Virus record (IMG/VR): IMGVR_UViG_3300042473_001368
DNA: 64,000 nucleotides
DNA from: a virus
Reading direction: 5' to 3' (one strand)
Position numbers and translations under genes: made by a program. Positions 27,437 to 38,670 of the stretch are shown piece by piece. Numbering within the stretch: position 1 is the stretch's first letter; every line of letters begins with the position of its first letter. Below the pieces are notes generated by a model. It saw nothing but the letters and a program-made list of their open reading frames with translations, was not told the DNA's origin and made no database searches.

Positions 27437-28670
27437 AAACTGTAACGCTAAATCGTGTATTTGGGTCAGCAAACCCAGGAGTTAAAATTGGCGGTGCCCA
27501 TGAAAAATCACGACCTTCATCTGTAATAGAAACTGTTGATACATATGTATAAACATAGAGGTTTCCATCATCATAATATACATATCTCGAATTTAAATCA
27601 GGGTTAATTAAGTTCTTTCTAACATCATTAGGATACTTTTTAGTAGCATTTTTAATTCCGACTTCGACAACTGATGTCAGAGCATCGAAATTTGTTATAC
27701 CGGTAATTTTCCATGCACCAGAAGCTAATGCATCGTATCCAACATTTTTACGAAGACGGCTATCAGTTTTACCATCTGTTAATCCTGTTGTACTAACGTT
27801 CGGTATTGAATTTAAAAGAGCGTAATCGATACTGCTTACACCAATACCACCAGTGCTACGTAAAATCGTACCGCTCTGATTAAACTCTACGAAATGTGAA
27901 GGTGAGAACACAGAATTAATTGTAATATTCCCACTTGTGAGTAATTTAGCCTCAGTTGTCTGCGTGCCACCTACTGTAAGGGTAATACCTTTACCGGCAA
28001 CAAGAGTTGCAGATGCCGCAGTTAATAGTGTAGCTGCGCTTGACCATGTAAGATTACCGCTTCCATCGTTTTTAAGGAACGAATCTGCTGGCTGACTACC
28101 TGTAATAGGAAAGTTATAGGTAGATAGACCAATTTTGAGAGAACTTGGAAGAGCAACAAAAGTATTATTAAGAGGCTTGACTGAATCAAGTGCTATATTT
28201 GCAGATAGAGCGATTCGACCGCTATCTATAACAATATTACGACCAACTGCATCATTAGAGAAGTTGTTTGCAGAAAGGGTACCTACTTTTACTTGGTTAC
28301 CACTACCAGTAAAGACAATTGTTGTGTTTTCAGGTGAATAAATTCTGCCAACAGGGGACCAGCTTGTAGATAAAGTTGAGGCTCCGCTAATATATCTATA
28401 GAGCGTTGAACTACCTGTAACATATACTAAATCTCCGATAGCAGGAGGAGTAACGGCTATAGTGCCAAAATCAGCTGTTTCGCCAATAACAACATTACCA
28501 GCTAAGACACCGCCTAATGTTACGCCGTCGCCTACATAAAGCCGCTTTGTATCTGTGGTGTATCCAATTTCGCCGACATCTAAAACTATAGCCTTTCGAT
28601 CGGAATCTTGTCCGCTACGAACAACAAGTTTTAGGAGTGTGTTTTGAAAGATTTGTACTGAATTAGACAT
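27429..28670 (-). CDS. Tail fibre-like protein with Mtd_N-type N-terminal domain
   Basis: LVVRSG...LDVGEIGYTTDTKRLYVGDG is the Mtd/hyaluronidase-like N-terminal motif; body is G/S/T-rich. Confidence 0.7.
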   Translation of the reverse strand: MSNSVQIFQNTLLKLVVRSGQDSDRKAIVLDVGEIGYTTDTKRLYVGDGVTLGGVLAGNVVIGETADFGTIAVTPPAIGDLVYVTGSSTLYRYISGASTLSTSWSPVGRIYSPENTTIVFTGSGNQVKVGTLSANNFSNDAVGRNIVIDSGRIALSANIALDSVKPLNNTFVALPSSLKIGLSTYNFPITGSQPADSFLKNDGSGNLTWSSAATLLTAASATLVAGKGITLTVGGTQTTEAKLLTSGNITINSVFSPSHFVEFNQSGTILRSTGGIGVSSIDYALLNSIPNVSTTGLTDGKTDSRLRKNVGYDALASGAWKITGITNFDALTSVVEVGIKNATKKYPNDVRKNLINPDLNSRYVYYDDGNLYVYTYVSTVSITDEGRDFSWAPPILTPGFADPNTRFSVTVYA

Positions 28671-28680
28671 ATGTGTTTAT

Positions 28681-29808
28681 TTATGGTATATCAAAAGGAA
28701 GTGAGAATACAGGGATTGCAAACGAGTTTGTTGTTATTGTTCCATCACGACGTACTGCTTCCTGGCCACGAAACACAATAAAACCTGCTGAAGAAAGAGA
28801 AATAGAGCCACCTGCTGAAATAGCTGTAATAACAGTTTGTGGATTAGATCCAAACCAACCGGTGTTCCGTTGATTGACAGCGCCGTTGTAGGCTGACATC
28901 TGAGGGTTGCTACTATCAACTGATAAAATATCGTAAATTGATGATGCAATTTTAGCAATATAACCTTTATCAGATACAATATAAGGTAGTTCAAATGTAC
29001 CTGTTGCGGTTAATGGCGGAGATTTAAGAGCTAAGATATTATTAGCGCAAATACTGAATGAAGTTGTATCAACGCCTGCTATAACTGTCTGAATTTTAAT
29101 ACCCGAAGTCGTATAATACGTATTAAACCCTAAATCGAGGTTTTCAACACGTAAAGCTGTAACTGGTGAAGAAATTAACTGTAGTTTGTTACCAGTGAAA
29201 CCGATAGTAGTTCCATCAACATCAACCCTTATTGGTGTACCGTTACCACCTGTAAGGCCTAGTCCGAGAGTACTCGGAGAAATGTGAGTAGAATTAATAC
29301 CACCAGTAAGAATTGTTAATTGTGTTGTAGCTCCAAAAACAGATGTATCATAATTTACATTAATTTTACTAGAATTAAAATTTATTGTAGTAGAAGATAA
29401 TGTTGTAGTGCTCAGTACAGACGAATCAATAGAAGCTGGAGTAAGAGTCAATACACCTGTTTGATCGTTAGAGTATTTTAGGTATGTTGTATTTAACCGT
29501 GGTGAAAATAGAGACCAGTTAGAAAGCTGCGTGTAATCAGTTCCTATTAACTGATATGAGACACCGCTTAAAGGTTGAATATCACCAACTTCAGCATTAA
29601 TTGTTGATAAGTGATTGTATGTATTATTAACAGGTGCATACACCTTATTACCAACTACTACTCCACCAGAATCTACGCCATTACCAACAAATACTCTTTG
29701 TGTATCTACGGTAAACCCTAATTCGCCTTGATCGAGCTTAATAAGTTTGCGATCCGCATCTGTTCCGCGTCGAATTTTTAGTTTAATTACTTTTATGTCA
29801 GGAGGCAT
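28681..29808 (-). CDS. Tail fibre-like protein with Mtd_N-type N-terminal domain (paralogue)
   Basis: LKIRRGT...LDQGELGFTVDTQRVFVGNG; S/T-rich body. Confidence 0.7.
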   Translation of the reverse strand: MPPDIKVIKLKIRRGTDADRKLIKLDQGELGFTVDTQRVFVGNGVDSGGVVVGNKVYAPVNNTYNHLSTINAEVGDIQPLSGVSYQLIGTDYTQLSNWSLFSPRLNTTYLKYSNDQTGVLTLTPASIDSSVLSTTTLSSTTINFNSSKINVNYDTSVFGATTQLTILTGGINSTHISPSTLGLGLTGGNGTPIRVDVDGTTIGFTGNKLQLISSPVTALRVENLDLGFNTYYTTSGIKIQTVIAGVDTTSFSICANNILALKSPPLTATGTFELPYIVSDKGYIAKIASSIYDILSVDSSNPQMSAYNGAVNQRNTGWFGSNPQTVITAISAGGSISLSSAGFIVFRGQEAVRRDGTITTNSFAIPVFSLPFDIP

Positions 29809-29811
29809 ATA

Positions 29812-30393
29812 TTAAAATGTTTGTTGAAGTGTCCAGCCTAGTGAAGTGCTGTATACGAAATTAAAGACAGTTATGTCTGTCATTGTTGATCCTGACATAA
29901 CTTTTTGAAAAATAAAGGCAATATCACCATTCGAAGGCGTATTCCATGTAATATTTGTAATAAGAGTTTCAATACTAGGTCCAGGAGTGTTTACAGCACG
30001 ACTCGCTATAAAAAATGTCTTTGTTGTACCAGTATTCGTAATAGCACTGATCAATCCATTTGCATATGTAATAGTCGCAGAGCTATATGTGCCATCTGCA
30101 ACAGGAATTGTCTGTCCGCTTGTTAAAATGAAGTTAAGTGTTCTATACTCAAGGTTATTCGTACTTGTCATTACAGGTACACTAAAGATAGGTCCTGTTG
30201 TTAGAGGAAAAACTACATTATTAAGAACAAAGCTTCCAGTTACAACAGCACTAGATGTTGAAAGTGAAAGAGATGTTTTTGTACCAACGCCATTGTACAC
30301 AGGCAAAGGGCCTGATGACAAAATTGTTGTGTCTGTATGAAGAAGCGTGCTATAAACTTCAGATAGCGATTGGCCTGTTAGATCTTGTGCCAT
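29812..30393 (-). CDS. Putative virion structural protein
   Basis: T/S-rich beta protein in the tail block. Confidence 0.55.
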   Translation of the reverse strand: MAQDLTGQSLSEVYSTLLHTDTTILSSGPLPVYNGVGTKTSLSLSTSSAVVTGSFVLNNVVFPLTTGPIFSVPVMTSTNNLEYRTLNFILTSGQTIPVADGTYSSATITYANGLISAITNTGTTKTFFIASRAVNTPGPSIETLITNITWNTPSNGDIAFIFQKVMSGSTMTDITVFNFVYSTSLGWTLQQTF

Positions 30394-30437
30394 ATATTCA
30401 TCAGATATTTATGTAGTAAGCGAGATATTCCACTAAC

Positions 30438-32216
30438 TTAATACTTTACTCCTAATTCAGATGCAATAGCAGTTTGAATATCAATTATAGAGTTAATTAG
30501 CCTATTAATAGTACCGATGTTAACGCTTTCATTACTGTATAACAATAGATTATCAAGATTAAACGACTGTAAGAAGGTTGCAATAGTATATGTCGGTAAG
30601 AACGGCGAGTTGTCTCTATCAAATTTAATTTGTTGACAGAAGTTGTAGTATACAAGAAGTGTATCTTGTATAATTTTATGCAATGCACCGTTTAGTGTTA
30701 AGCCAATACTACTATTACGAGTTAAATCTAGTTCATCTGTATAGTTTTGCTTTAAATCTTTTGGTAACAAGTAGGTATAAGTAGTTTTTGTATCAACCGT
30801 AAATGAACTATCAGTTACTATAGCAGTATTGATTACATTACTTGTACTATGACACAAGTCAATAAAATATGAATCGTAATTATTATAAAATGTTCCTACA
30901 ACTGTATTATCAGCAGACAAATCTACGCTCATCGTACTCACTATATCGTTTACACGCAAACCAATATCAAATGTAGGTGTATATTGTGCAAGTGGTGTAG
31001 ATGGAGCAGAGATAGATCTGTATTCTACTGCTTCTAGAAAATCTAGAGCACTGTACTTCTTAAAGACAATTATATCTGAATCAAAATCAGTACATTCTGC
31101 AAAGGTAGCATTGATTGGTGTTGTGTCTAAAAAATAAGAGAGTGGTACAATGTTACCATTTGCAATTTCTTCGATATCAAAAGTAGCAAACGTTGGTAGG
31201 TCGTTAGAATCTGTACCTACAACAACAAGCAAATCATCTTCAAACCGTTGACAGATGTTTGTAATTGTCTTGAATCCAAGAGCTGTACGAGATTGAATTG
31301 TAATTAGCTCAGTATCGTTAAGTCTATAAAACTCTATAGCTATATCTGTACCTGTTTCAACAAGAGAGCATCTAAAGTTTCTGCCGTATGTTACATTATA
31401 TACAGATGTATAGTTATTCAAGGCTGATATATTAATTTTATCCTGTAAAAATACATGAGGTATAGGAGCTGAATAATCTATACTGAATATACTAAAGTCT
31501 TGATCGTTTGTTTGATAAAGTAACCCTGTATGTCTGTTGTAATGCAAGTAATCATGTGTAAACTCTGCATCAACAGTATAGCCTGTACCAAACATTAGCG
31601 CTGATATACTGTTTGATAAGCCAGTTACCATACCACTATCTAGATTTACACTATTAAAGTACTTAAATCCTGACAATCCGTCTGTAAGTAGTATAGAACT
31701 CTTTCTAGATGTTGGAGCAAATACACCACTAAATCCATCAATGTTCGACTGCTCAGAAAAACCTACAGGTAGCTTGCTTAAAGGTAACTTAATAGGTCTA
31801 AGATTTGTATCTGTAAAAGACGTAATGCAGTTTGTAAAAGATTGACTAGCAGCAGACCTATACAGCGGGTTAAGAAACTTATTATCGAATCGTACACCTG
31901 CAGCAAATATTATAGCATTGTTCTTCGATAATACATCAAGCGTTTCTTTAAGAGTATCAAGAGTTAGTATAGTACGAGGGTATATACTAACTCGCTGTAT
32001 TTGATCTTTCAGGGATGTGCTAGAAGAAAAGTTAAAGTTTAGGTTTTCTTCGAAGCATTTTGCTAAAAATGTATTAGTGCTACTTAATTCTTGCGAATTG
32101 CTGTTAAACACAGAACCGGTATAAACAGTTGAGTCTATTACATTGATAAGTCCTGAATAAGATGATTCATTGAGGGTAAAATCAGATCCATCGGTGTATT
32201 TAAAGTATGATATCAC
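30438..32216 (-). CDS. Putative virion structural protein
   Basis: 592 aa, beta-rich, in the tail/baseplate block. Confidence 0.55.
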   Translation of the reverse strand: MISYFKYTDGSDFTLNESSYSGLINVIDSTVYTGSVFNSNSQELSSTNTFLAKCFEENLNFNFSSSTSLKDQIQRVSIYPRTILTLDTLKETLDVLSKNNAIIFAAGVRFDNKFLNPLYRSAASQSFTNCITSFTDTNLRPIKLPLSKLPVGFSEQSNIDGFSGVFAPTSRKSSILLTDGLSGFKYFNSVNLDSGMVTGLSNSISALMFGTGYTVDAEFTHDYLHYNRHTGLLYQTNDQDFSIFSIDYSAPIPHVFLQDKINISALNNYTSVYNVTYGRNFRCSLVETGTDIAIEFYRLNDTELITIQSRTALGFKTITNICQRFEDDLLVVVGTDSNDLPTFATFDIEEIANGNIVPLSYFLDTTPINATFAECTDFDSDIIVFKKYSALDFLEAVEYRSISAPSTPLAQYTPTFDIGLRVNDIVSTMSVDLSADNTVVGTFYNNYDSYFIDLCHSTSNVINTAIVTDSSFTVDTKTTYTYLLPKDLKQNYTDELDLTRNSSIGLTLNGALHKIIQDTLLVYYNFCQQIKFDRDNSPFLPTYTIATFLQSFNLDNLLLYSNESVNIGTINRLINSIIDIQTAIASELGVKY

Positions 32217-34435
32217 AATATTTCGATAGTATTTATTGTTGCGTTTAGAGGCATTACATCAACTAACTCCGCCTTTATGGTTTGTATGAGTTCGTCGCGG
32301 TCGCTGTTAGAGACTTCTAATCCATTCAAGAAGACATCGAATGTATTAGACTTACTAAAGTTCGAAGACTCGAGAATATTAATATGTTTAACATTATCTG
32401 TTCTATTTCTCATACCACACGGAAGTGATATTGAATATGTATTGTAAATAGTGTTGTATTTTGTTACAAGTAACTCAAGTTCTTCTGATGTAAGCGGAGC
32501 CAGACTCAAAAACACATCTGATAAGTAGTTAGAGCTTTCTTTAAGCGGTTGATCATTTACAACGAAGTCGCCATACACAATTACATTATAGGTAAGCGGT
32601 TCAATGACTTCATTTATTACATTGTCTTCGTTTAGGAATACTTTAACCTCGCCTATATTGTTGTCAACATGACACACAACACTGTTTTTTGATCTAGCAG
32701 GCAAGCTAATAGTTTTAGTAAAGGGGTTATACCTCGTTTTTAAATCGCTGCTAGCTACAGAAGCGTCGCTAGCTACAGAATTATAGAATGTTACAGTTAT
32801 TATGATAGTGTCGTTATTGTATTCTACCTTTAATCCACCTTCAATAGAGTTGAACTTACTATACAATGTTATAAAGTCAGTTCCAGCATATTGATTAATA
32901 TAAAATCCTAAAGTAAAGCCATTATTTCTATTAATTTGCGGATAATAGCCATTTATCGATGTGTCTACACTATTTTTTGATGTAAAGAAATCAATATTAT
33001 CAATATCTATGCGATCATACACATATGATGCAGAAGGCTCGAAGGCAAAATCACTTAATTTATCAAAATATTGTGTTTCAGCAACATTAGTCTTGAGACC
33101 TAAGTTCGAATTAATAAGTTTTTCAACATAACTCTCAAATGTATTATTGTAGATTGACGCTGTTAGTGTCTGCTCCTTTGTAGTGAGATTAGGATAATAA
33201 TATCTGTCAAGCCATGTGCATGTATCTGTAGTCTGGTTATAAGAAAGCCATGTACATAGATAGGTCGCACTCTCTCCAATATTGTTTATCTGTTCTTTGT
33301 ATACTTTATCAGCATACTTAGGAGTAGATGAGCCGAAGGCACCATTTGCAATAAATGTTGTATCATTAACATTAAGAACACTAAATGGAAACAGTGTATC
33401 ACTTGTTGTAAATCTGTTAATTCCTGGAACTATAACAAATGATTGGTTATAACACACATAGTTCAGTGAAAGTGTTGTGTCTTCTAACTGATCTATGTTG
33501 CGGTTTAAGGATGTATATGTTCTATAATTAGCAGCTGTATTGTCATTTGCTAGCCCAAGTGTATTAAACACACCAACTTCACCAACCTCACTGGTTTGGT
33601 TCTTTAGTAGCATGATATCATACAAGTTACTGTTATTATGATTTCTAGATAACAAGTAATTGTTGTTGAGGTTAGAAATTCTATCGTCTGCTGAAATGTT
33701 AAGACCTGATAGCGAGTAACTAATGTATTGCTGATCGATAAAATCTGGTAACTCTGTACCTACTTTTGTACTAATAGTAAAAGCATTTTCTAATATATTG
33801 TTAAACACATGTTGAGTGAAGTTGACTGCAGATAATTTACCCGCATTACTTGTAATAATAGAAGTATTGCCTGAGTTATCATACAATAAAACTAAATTAT
33901 TACCATTTAGAATGTATCTGAAATAATGCTCATTAGATACAATTAAAGGTGCACGCTTGAGTTTGCAATCACCGTTATCAACAACAATATACCTTGTAGA
34001 AGTGTTGTCATCATACGAAACAGTGCAATATTTATTGTCTATCAAATCGATAGTAAATTGATTATTTACATCTTGTATTTCCTGAGAGAAAAATAACCCT
34101 AATTTAGTATCAATATACTTTAAAAGATCCGTTTCGCCTTGTGCAACACTTACAAAATTGTTTGTACCCTGTTGAAGGGTTGTAGTTATTTTAGTAGGCT
34201 TAATATCTGACTTTACCTCAGATAATATCTGACCTAGCTGAGTATTGTTAGTTAGATAGAAGTTCGAGTAGTTTTTTGCATGAATATCTGTTACACCAGA
34301 CAATGCATTAGCAAAGCAAATAGCTACACCGCTTCCGAACAGTATATTACTCTGCTTAAATTCTGCTCCAGGGATGGTAGTCTTAAGTTCTTCAGATTTT
34401 ATTGAAGAAGCACTTATTGATACATAGGTAGACAT
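32213..34435 (-). CDS. Putative virion structural protein (possible beta-trefoil and LamG-like domains)
   Basis: 740 aa, N/T/S-rich; FTIDLIDNKYCTVSY and GFTLGFYIN segments suggest these folds (inference). Confidence 0.5.
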   Translation of the reverse strand: MSTYVSISASSIKSEELKTTIPGAEFKQSNILFGSGVAICFANALSGVTDIHAKNYSNFYLTNNTQLGQILSEVKSDIKPTKITTTLQQGTNNFVSVAQGETDLLKYIDTKLGLFFSQEIQDVNNQFTIDLIDNKYCTVSYDDNTSTRYIVVDNGDCKLKRAPLIVSNEHYFRYILNGNNLVLLYDNSGNTSIITSNAGKLSAVNFTQHVFNNILENAFTISTKVGTELPDFIDQQYISYSLSGLNISADDRISNLNNNYLLSRNHNNSNLYDIMLLKNQTSEVGEVGVFNTLGLANDNTAANYRTYTSLNRNIDQLEDTTLSLNYVCYNQSFVIVPGINRFTTSDTLFPFSVLNVNDTTFIANGAFGSSTPKYADKVYKEQINNIGESATYLCTWLSYNQTTDTCTWLDRYYYPNLTTKEQTLTASIYNNTFESYVEKLINSNLGLKTNVAETQYFDKLSDFAFEPSASYVYDRIDIDNIDFFTSKNSVDTSINGYYPQINRNNGFTLGFYINQYAGTDFITLYSKFNSIEGGLKVEYNNDTIIITVTFYNSVASDASVASSDLKTRYNPFTKTISLPARSKNSVVCHVDNNIGEVKVFLNEDNVINEVIEPLTYNVIVYGDFVVNDQPLKESSNYLSDVFLSLAPLTSEELELLVTKYNTIYNTYSISLPCGMRNRTDNVKHINILESSNFSKSNTFDVFLNGLEVSNSDRDELIQTIKAELVDVMPLNATINTIEIL

Positions 34436-34456
34436 ACAGTATATGTATATTTAGCT

Positions 34457-34963
34457 CTACACACTTAAAACTGTATCAATAACAAACCCTTCATTCGCAG
34501 TATGAAGAGATATCATGTAATCACCAGATAAACTTAGATTATTAACACTGAGCACATTCAAATCACCTGCTTTGTTTATTAACGAAGGGTTAGTAATGTT
34601 AATAGGTACAAGAAATCTGCACGATGTGTTATCAAAGTAATTTACAAGTAGTTGCGCTGATAAAATACGTGTTAACGCTACGCTAGACGGTGAGTATTCG
34701 TGTGAATATGGCTTTATAACTGTATAGTCATACCCGAATGATATTTCGTTTACAACATTTAGCTGATCTGAGAAGAAATCATTGGCGTAAAACTCATTAT
34801 CAGTACCATCACCCCAATTAACTGTAATAGATAATAGAGGCTTGTCAGCAGACACAAACTGTGTATCGAGAACCAGGGTGGTTGTATCGTACATGTATGC
34901 TGTTGGCGAAACAACCAGAGTGGATGCGCTGTTAGAAGATAGATTTATTGTTTGTGTTGTCAT
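34457..34963 (-). CDS. PKD-like domain structural protein
   Basis: ITVNWGDGT and YSHEY PKD-type motifs. Confidence 0.6.
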   Translation of the reverse strand: MTTQTINLSSNSASTLVVSPTAYMYDTTTLVLDTQFVSADKPLLSITVNWGDGTDNEFYANDFFSDQLNVVNEISFGYDYTVIKPYSHEYSPSSVALTRILSAQLLVNYFDNTSCRFLVPINITNPSLINKAGDLNVLSVNNLSLSGDYMISLHTANEGFVIDTVLSV

Positions 34964-37900
34964 AATATCATTGCAGATGTGCTGAATGCTATGGTTTGTG
35001 ATGATAATAGTACAGAAAAGTTGCTTAGCGTACTTAAACTCGTGAATACTGTTGTATTACCTATACTACCTAAGTTTGTATATACAGATTTAGTAATAAC
35101 ATCACCCATTACATCCTTAAAGTTAATGAATACAAGAGTAGGAGACTTATTTTGATCTTTCGCAATATATGTAAGATTAAATGTTTGTGTTTCCTGCGTA
35201 AATGATATTACAGGAGCGGATGTCTCAGTGAATAGCACATTACTCTGTATAACATTATCGTCAACATATGTGGTATTATTCGGATATACAGTATGTACCT
35301 TATTATCTGCAAGGCTATACTTATAAATCATCGGAACGATTGATTGCGTATCTGTATTTGTTGTGTTGAATGCAGATAATGTAACAAAATATACATTAGA
35401 ATCTACTTTATACCTGTTAGATAGTTTGTTGAACGGATTAGCGTTATATTCCACAACTCTTCCTTCTGTTACAAGTAAATCAGATGAATTAGTGCCTGTA
35501 ACCTTATCTATAACAAGTAAAGAACTTGTCTGGATAAAGAGTGTATCATAAACAACATCAAAATCTCTTACACAGCTCGATAATTGCGCGATAACATTTG
35601 TAGTATAGCGGTTGCTTAGGTACGGTAGTGTGTTCAACAGTGTATCGACTTTTCCATTTCTGTCTTTTATGTATAATACACCATTCGTAGCGTCTCTAGT
35701 AACAAGATCAGCAGTAGTGCTGTTTGAAGACACATATTGTGTTACAGACTGAGGGTTTACTGCAGTCAGATCTAAAGATATTGTATCTAGATTGAATAAA
35801 TCACGTTCTACAGGTATAATAGTCTTAAAGAGAGCGCAATCGACATCATCAACACCATTGTCTCCAGAAACTCTTACACTTTGTGTAAATCTAGCTGTAA
35901 TACCCGGATAGAGAACAGTATCTCTTAACGGACGCACATAAGGTACTGCTGTAAACACGCCTGCTTCAAATAATTCACTGAAGTAGTATACACCAGTAGT
36001 TGATGTAGAGAATGTTGACAGGTCAGATGATATACTATCATTAAGAAGTTCAGTTCCTTTGATAACAAATGTAGCACAATCTCTAAATCCTAGATTGAGA
36101 GGAATTCTGTACTGTGTAGTTACATCAAAAGGTTCTTTTGCATATTGAAATGTATCTTTTGCAAATTTACCAAACTTAAGAGTGTATCTCGAACCGGTAG
36201 AACTGAATGCACCGGTAAATGTAGACAACCCAGGTACTATAATCTCATTTCCGCTTGATAAAGGCGTGAAATAGTTAAACGTATAACCATTACCGAAGTA
36301 ACTATCAAAGAACTTATAGCCATTAAAGACATTTGTATAGTTTAGAATAGGTTCACCTACTGTTACTGTTGATTCAAAGTTATTAGCTTTTAATAGACCG
36401 TATCTGTTACCGAAAATATCGTCTGCAAAATTATGAAAGTAACCACTATTTACTATATCACTTATATCATAGTTTGGATTAAGTGACTTAAGTGAAGTAT
36501 AACCATCAAACGTTATAAAGTTGTCAGATGTATTAGGACGATTTCGTGCGATGGTAAATAGATTACCATTTTTGAATGAATCTTCATTAAAGGAGAACGT
36601 AAGTACAGGTGTCTCGCTTCCGTACCTAAAAGGATCTGGGAAGTAATATGGCTTGTTGAAATCAGCTACATCAGCATCAAGAGTAAATGTAAATTGACCA
36701 GGTTCTACGATTATATTTGAGGTCTGAGGAGGTGTAAAGTAGCCAACATCACGTTTTGGTACAGTTACCTTGAATTCATCGGTAGTAGCTGATGAAGGAA
36801 AGTCTCTATTTAAGAAGTTAGACGCTGGTGATGTTGCTGCAAATAGCTTGTTGAATGATATATCGATACCAGTAAGAGCTATAAAACTCGTAACAGTAGT
36901 AGATAGAGTTGATTCAATTACAGGAGTTATAATCTGCGTATCACCTGCAGATGTTATAATAGTTATTGTAGGCGGTAGCTGAGGTGGTATTACTTCAGGT
37001 TCCTTTAGTAATATATTGATAAGCGATTGTCTCGCTTTTAACCATTGATCATAACCTAAGATGCTTGTTGAATAACTGTAACTATCATGAAATTGTAGCT
37101 CGTTATTGTTAGTCTTAGCGTATATAGCAGGTATACCATATAAGAAAGCTTCTATATTAAAATCTGTAGGTACAACTACATCTCTTGCTACAATATACCC
37201 GAAATCTTTTGCTGTATTTTTATTTTGAACAAACTCTTTACCGTTAATGCTCCAGATAATTTTATCGAACAAATAGATCTGTGACGGGTATCCAAGACTT
37301 AATCTAATATATACATCTACTACACCGTTCTCTTTGTAGACAGGTAGCATGCTAAGGTTATCATACTTTACGTATCCGTCAATACCTAATACAGGTTTAA
37401 CGAAGTAGTTGTCAGCTGGATTAACTAAGCCATTATCAAAGTCGAGGTAATTTCGTGATCTATGATATTCAGAATAGATTGCTCCTGCAGCATCTTCAAA
37501 AACAAGAATACACCCTGGTAGGAATGGGTTGACATTGTGCGATGTGTATGTGTGCTTATGAGTAATGTACTGGTTAATGAACGGAGTAGTTTCATCGTAC
37601 ACAACAGGCGTCATATCATATGTGCCATCATCGTGATTCCAGAAAATATACTTCAGCTCACGCGTAACAGGAACCGTAAACCTACACTCAATAGGAAATG
37701 TATCTGTTGTACTCGGCGTTAGGTTGAATCCATATGTCTTTAGTTTAGAAACACTTATTGTCGGTACACTGACAATAATGTTAACGCGGTCTTGGAAGAC
37801 GATATCTGGTGATTGTAAAGCTAGTTTATACTTTGTAGTACCTTTACGCACATAAAGTGCAGCATTTGGAGAGTAGCTAAGCTCTGAAGGTAATAAACGG

Positions 37901-38640
37901 TAGTAGTATACACTTTTACTAAGGTCTTCTGTTATAGGAGAACCTAAAACAGTTGTTACGCTAGTTGAACCATCACCGTACACCCACTCGATGTAATCGA
38001 TATCTACACGACCAGCAATATTCGAGATAAGAAATTCAACAGGTGACGGTAAACTACTGAGAACTGACTGTGTAGTTCTTAATACAGGTAAATTGTTATC
38101 GGTAAATAGTAAATTTGTTCCATTTGTGGTTGTATATTCTTGTGAGATAGTACTCCAACCATCAGGAATGCTATATGTAGCATTTTCGTTACCAATTAAG
38201 CTACCAGGTAGGTAGTCAGGTGGAACCACCTTTGCGCTATTATAAACATTAAATGCAGTTTGTGTACCGACATAGCTTATATCATCAACAGTAGTAAGAG
38301 TAGCTTGTACATTGTATACACCTGCATTTTCGTACTGGTGTGTTATAGTAAACATCGGTGCAGCTACCTTTGCAATAGCTGCAGCTGTGTTTTGCCAATC
38401 AGGAAAGAACCCTGTGTATCTAGATAGCTCAGCTACAATTTGATTGTACTTTGCAATGCCACTACTAGCAGCTACAGTAGTTGTAGTACCGTCACCAAAA
38501 TCTAGAGTAACAGAAGCAAACTCAGTTGACGTTGGATATAATGTACCAATAGCAAATACACCTGTATTTTCCCCTAAAGAAGATTGACGTTGTATAGGAA
38601 AATCAAGAATAAGTGAGTTAACTTGCGTATTTGTAGACAT
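34960..38640 (-). CDS. Large multi-PKD structural protein
   Basis: 1226 aa; LDFGDG...HQYENAGVYNV, EWVYGDG and FWNHDDG...HTYT repeats. Confidence 0.7.
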   Translation of the reverse strand: MSTNTQVNSLILDFPIQRQSSLGENTGVFAIGTLYPTSTEFASVTLDFGDGTTTTVAASSGIAKYNQIVAELSRYTGFFPDWQNTAAAIAKVAAPMFTITHQYENAGVYNVQATLTTVDDISYVGTQTAFNVYNSAKVVPPDYLPGSLIGNENATYSIPDGWSTISQEYTTTNGTNLLFTDNNLPVLRTTQSVLSSLPSPVEFLISNIAGRVDIDYIEWVYGDGSTSVTTVLGSPITEDLSKSVYYYRLLPSELSYSPNAALYVRKGTTKYKLALQSPDIVFQDRVNIIVSVPTISVSKLKTYGFNLTPSTTDTFPIECRFTVPVTRELKYIFWNHDDGTYDMTPVVYDETTPFINQYITHKHTYTSHNVNPFLPGCILVFEDAAGAIYSEYHRSRNYLDFDNGLVNPADNYFVKPVLGIDGYVKYDNLSMLPVYKENGVVDVYIRLSLGYPSQIYLFDKIIWSINGKEFVQNKNTAKDFGYIVARDVVVPTDFNIEAFLYGIPAIYAKTNNNELQFHDSYSYSTSILGYDQWLKARQSLINILLKEPEVIPPQLPPTITIITSAGDTQIITPVIESTLSTTVTSFIALTGIDISFNKLFAATSPASNFLNRDFPSSATTDEFKVTVPKRDVGYFTPPQTSNIIVEPGQFTFTLDADVADFNKPYYFPDPFRYGSETPVLTFSFNEDSFKNGNLFTIARNRPNTSDNFITFDGYTSLKSLNPNYDISDIVNSGYFHNFADDIFGNRYGLLKANNFESTVTVGEPILNYTNVFNGYKFFDSYFGNGYTFNYFTPLSSGNEIIVPGLSTFTGAFSSTGSRYTLKFGKFAKDTFQYAKEPFDVTTQYRIPLNLGFRDCATFVIKGTELLNDSISSDLSTFSTSTTGVYYFSELFEAGVFTAVPYVRPLRDTVLYPGITARFTQSVRVSGDNGVDDVDCALFKTIIPVERDLFNLDTISLDLTAVNPQSVTQYVSSNSTTADLVTRDATNGVLYIKDRNGKVDTLLNTLPYLSNRYTTNVIAQLSSCVRDFDVVYDTLFIQTSSLLVIDKVTGTNSSDLLVTEGRVVEYNANPFNKLSNRYKVDSNVYFVTLSAFNTTNTDTQSIVPMIYKYSLADNKVHTVYPNNTTYVDDNVIQSNVLFTETSAPVISFTQETQTFNLTYIAKDQNKSPTLVFINFKDVMGDVITKSVYTNLGSIGNTTVFTSLSTLSNFSVLLSSQTIAFSTSAMIL

Positions 38641-38670
38641 CTAAATGTATTTATCTACTCTTGATGGATA

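Noticed and set aside
27429-29808. Possible diversity-generating retroelement suggested by Mtd_N domains
   Set aside because: No reverse transcriptase and no template/variable repeat pair was seen in the window; the N-terminal domain alone is not diagnostic.
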